Assembly: GCA_001783355.1 (NCBI GenBank)
Contig: MFMA01000027.1
Span: 12,000 to 48,880 of the forward strand
Direction of reading: 5' to 3'
DNA: 36,881 nucleotides
From: Candidatus Kaiserbacteria bacterium RIFCSPLOWO2_01_FULL_54_20
GTDB taxonomy: Bacteria > Patescibacteriota > Minisyncoccia > Phycocordibacterales > UBA2100
In this document: piece after piece, positions 34,458-36,881 of the stretch
Position numbering within the stretch: the stretch's first letter is position 1
Layout of the letters: each line of letters starts with the position of its first letter
The notes under the pieces: model-generated
Told to the model about the DNA's origin: nothing
What the model saw: the letters and a program-made list of their open reading frames with translations, nothing else
Database searches by the model: none
Program-made: the position numbers and the translations under genes

Positions 34458-36881
34458 ATGTCATTCCTAGGGCGATTTTTCGGCGATGAGAACGCATCGG
34501 CGCTCCGACGCGCCGAGCCTATCGTTGCAAGCGTCAACGCGCTCGAAGAGGCGATGCGCAAGCTTTCTGATGAGGCGTTACGCGCGAAAACATCCGAGTT
34601 CAAGGAGAGATTAGAAAAAGGCGAGGCGCTGGACGACCTCGCGCCCGAAGCGTTTGCCGCAGTGAGAGAGGCATCGCGAAGGACGCTGAAACAGCGGCAT
34701 TTCGACGTACAGCTGATAGGAGGCATGATCCTGAACAACGGCGATATTGCGGAGATGCGCACCGGAGAAGGGAAGACGCTGGTCGCCACACTGCCTGCCT
34801 ATCTGAACGCGCTCTCCGGGAAGGGTGTGCACGTTGTGACGGTCAACGACTATCTATCCCGCCGCGATGCCGTTTGGATGGGGCAGATCTATCATTTCCT
34901 CGGACTTTCGGTCGGTGTTCTCAACCACGAAGCATCCTACCTCTACGACCCCTCGCACATGTCTTCCGAAGTTGCGGCGCAAGAGGACGCGATACGTGAC
35001 GACCTCGGCAGCTTCAAGGTCATGCACGATTTCCTGCGCCCGTGCACGCGACACGAAAGCTATGCGGCCGACATCACGTATGGCACGAACAACGAGTTCG
35101 GTTTCGACTACCTGCGCGACAATCTGGAATACGAGCGGCAAAATCTCCGTCAGCGCGGCTATCACTACGCCATCGTCGACGAGATAGACTCGATACTTAT
35201 CGACGAGGCGCGTACGCCGCTCATCATATCCGCTCCGGTTTCCGACGCGGAGTCCTTGTACGCCCGCTTTTCAGCGATAGCAGAAAGCCTTGTTCCGATC
35301 GAGGACTATGAAATAGACGAAAAACGCCGCCAGATCGCTCTGACCGATTCGGGGATAGAGAAGGCCGAAAAATCGCTCGGCGTGGAGAACATCTACACCG
35401 ATGCAGGCATCAAGTTCGTTCACCACCTCGAAACGGCTGTGCGCGCCAAGGCTCTATACGAGCGGGACAAAGAATACGTAGTTCGGGACGGGCAAGTCGT
35501 CATCGTCGATGAATTTACCGGGCGCATGCAGCCCGGCCGCAGGTGGTCGGAAGGCCTGCATCAGGCTATCGAGTCGAAAGAGGGGGTTGCTGTACAGCAA
35601 GAATCCCGGACGTTCGCCTCCATCACGTTCCAAAACTACTTCCGCCTGTATGAAAAACTTTCCGGAATGACAGGGACGGCAATTACATCTTCGGAAGAAT
35701 TTTACAAGGTCTACGGATTGAACACTGTCGCAGTGCCTACAAATCGCCCTTCCGCACGCGCCGACCATGACGACCTCATCTTTCAGACAGAAGAAGGCAA
35801 GTATCGCGCGATAGCGAAACACGTGCGCGAGATGCATGAGAAGGGCCAACCGGTCCTCGTCGGCACCGTTTCCGTCGAGAAGAACGAACTCTTGTCCGTT
35901 CATTTCAAACAGGCCGGTATCCCGCACGAAATACTGAATGCAAAGAATCACGAGCGCGAAGGAGAGATAATCGCGCAAGCGGGAAAGGCGGGCGGGGTGA
36001 CCATAGCGACCAACATGGCCGGACGCGGCGTAGACATCAAGCTCGGCGGCAATCCGGCGACTGACGAGGAGTGCCAAAAAGTGAAAGACGCGGGCGGTCT
36101 CTTCGTTCTCGGAACCGAGAGGCACGAAGCGCGACGTATCGATAATCAGCTGCGCGGACGTAGTGGGCGTCAGGGAGACCCTGGTGAGACGCAGTTCTTC
36201 GTTTCTCTTGAAGACAGCCTCATGCGCGTGTTCGCATCCGACGTCATCAAGCGCGTGATGGGAACTTTCAAGATACCCGAAGACGAGCCTATTTATAACG
36301 GTATGATAACGCGCTCTCTCGAGAAGGCGCAGAAAAGGATAGAGGAGCTGAATTTCGACGCGCGAAAGCACGTGCTTGCGTATGACGATGTCCTAAGCAT
36401 CCAGAGAACGAGCATTTATGGGCGTCGTCGTGAACTTCTTACCGGTAGTGACGAGGCGATAGATAAGGAACTCATGCGCATCGCCCCGTTAGAGGCTGCG
36501 CCTCTAACGGGGCACGCGGAGGGTGCCGGTGATTTTCTGCAGGTAGTTGCAAAGAAAAAAACCGAGCTCGGCACGGCGTACTATCCAACGGTGCGGCGAT
36601 TCCTTCTCCAGACGGTCGACTTTTTGTGGGTCGAGCACTTGGAGGCTATGGAGTACCTGCGTTCGAGCGTTAATCTTCGTGCCTACGGACAGCGCGACCC
36701 GCTCGTCGAGTACAAGAAAGAAGGGCTTAAACTATTCCAGGGATTGGAGGCCACTTATGCCGGGCACGTACTGCAGATACTCCCGAACCTCGGCTTGCCT
36801 GCCCAGGGAGGGCAAACTGGAGCCACGAGATCCGTGAATCGCGAAGCGGGAAGCGTCGAGCGCGCCGCACGTTTGATAACG
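34458..36881 (+). CDS. secA: Preprotein translocase subunit SecA (3'-truncated by window edge)
   Basis: Manual translation: MSFLGRFFGD..., RHFDVQLIGG, AEMRTGEGKT (Walker A), VTVNDYL, GTNNEFGFDYLRDN, IVDEIDSILIDEARTPLIIS, ATNMAGRGVDI, RRIDNQLRGRSGRQGDPG, YGQRDPLVEYKKEG. Absent from the ORF track because there is no stop in the window. Confidence 0.97.
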   Translation, partial: MSFLGRFFGDENASALRRAEPIVASVNALEEAMRKLSDEALRAKTSEFKERLEKGEALDDLAPEAFAAVREASRRTLKQRHFDVQLIGGMILNNGDIAEMRTGEGKTLVATLPAYLNALSGKGVHVVTVNDYLSRRDAVWMGQIYHFLGLSVGVLNHEASYLYDPSHMSSEVAAQEDAIRDDLGSFKVMHDFLRPCTRHESYAADITYGTNNEFGFDYLRDNLEYERQNLRQRGYHYAIVDEIDSILIDEARTPLIISAPVSDAESLYARFSAIAESLVPIEDYEIDEKRRQIALTDSGIEKAEKSLGVENIYTDAGIKFVHHLETAVRAKALYERDKEYVVRDGQVVIVDEFTGRMQPGRRWSEGLHQAIESKEGVAVQQESRTFASITFQNYFRLYEKLSGMTGTAITSSEEFYKVYGLNTVAVPTNRPSARADHDDLIFQTEEGKYRAIAKHVREMHEKGQPVLVGTVSVEKNELLSVHFKQAGIPHEILNAKNHEREGEIIAQAGKAGGVTIATNMAGRGVDIKLGGNPATDEECQKVKDAGGLFVLGTERHEARRIDNQLRGRSGRQGDPGETQFFVSLEDSLMRVFASDVIKRVMGTFKIPEDEPIYNGMITRSLEKAQKRIEELNFDARKHVLAYDDVLSIQRTSIYGRRRELLTGSDEAIDKELMRIAPLEAAPLTGHAEGAGDFLQVVAKKKTELGTAYYPTVRRFLLQTVDFLWVEHLEAMEYLRSSVNLRAYGQRDPLVEYKKEGLKLFQGLEATYAGHVLQILPNLGLPAQGGQTGATRSVNREAGSVERAARLIT
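36483..36513. repeat. Perfect 14-bp inverted repeat inside secA
   Basis: GCCCCGTTAGAGGC-TGC-GCCTCTAACGGGGC, translated in frame as APLEAAPLTG. Confidence 0.8.

Noticed and set aside
1..36881. Alternative genetic code (TGA as Gly/Trp) or stop read-through
   Set aside because: Many genes end in TGA at family-typical lengths with ATGA overlaps, and conserved genes show no internal TGA.

Overview
About 33.6 kb of this window is a compact, multi-operon surface-glycan locus. It holds a GT-C glycosyltransferase, three GT4s, three SAM methyltransferases, a PglK/MsbA-type ABC flippase and two KpsS-like (Capsule_synth) transferases. A pseudaminic-acid module (pseB, pseC, pseI, pseF-like, GNAT, formyltransferase) has no recognisable pseG. 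A second convergent NeuB-TIM-barrel/SDR/class III aminotransferase/SpsF cassette follows, then gmd, a nucleotidyltransferase-cupin fusion and an O-antigen-ligase/TPR protein. An 800-bp structured intergenic region (33657-34457) comes next, then secA, which runs off the right end and is missing from the ORF track. Gene content and style (near-leaderless starts, ligase-TPR, pilin-like LamG protein, SecA with short wing domain) suggest Patescibacteria/Parcubacteria using the standard code; this is inference only. Most notable: (1) two convergent candidate small RNAs upstream of secA, one with loop segments matching opposite strands of a nearby 16-bp site; (2) an unannotated 13-aa poly-Lys ORF with its own terminator; (3) a probable two-nonulosonate glycosylation pathway lacking PseG; (4) an spsF remnant behind pseF; (5) a coding palindrome inside secA; (6) symmetric leaderless promoters. 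All protein calls come from motif recognition by eye, not database searches.
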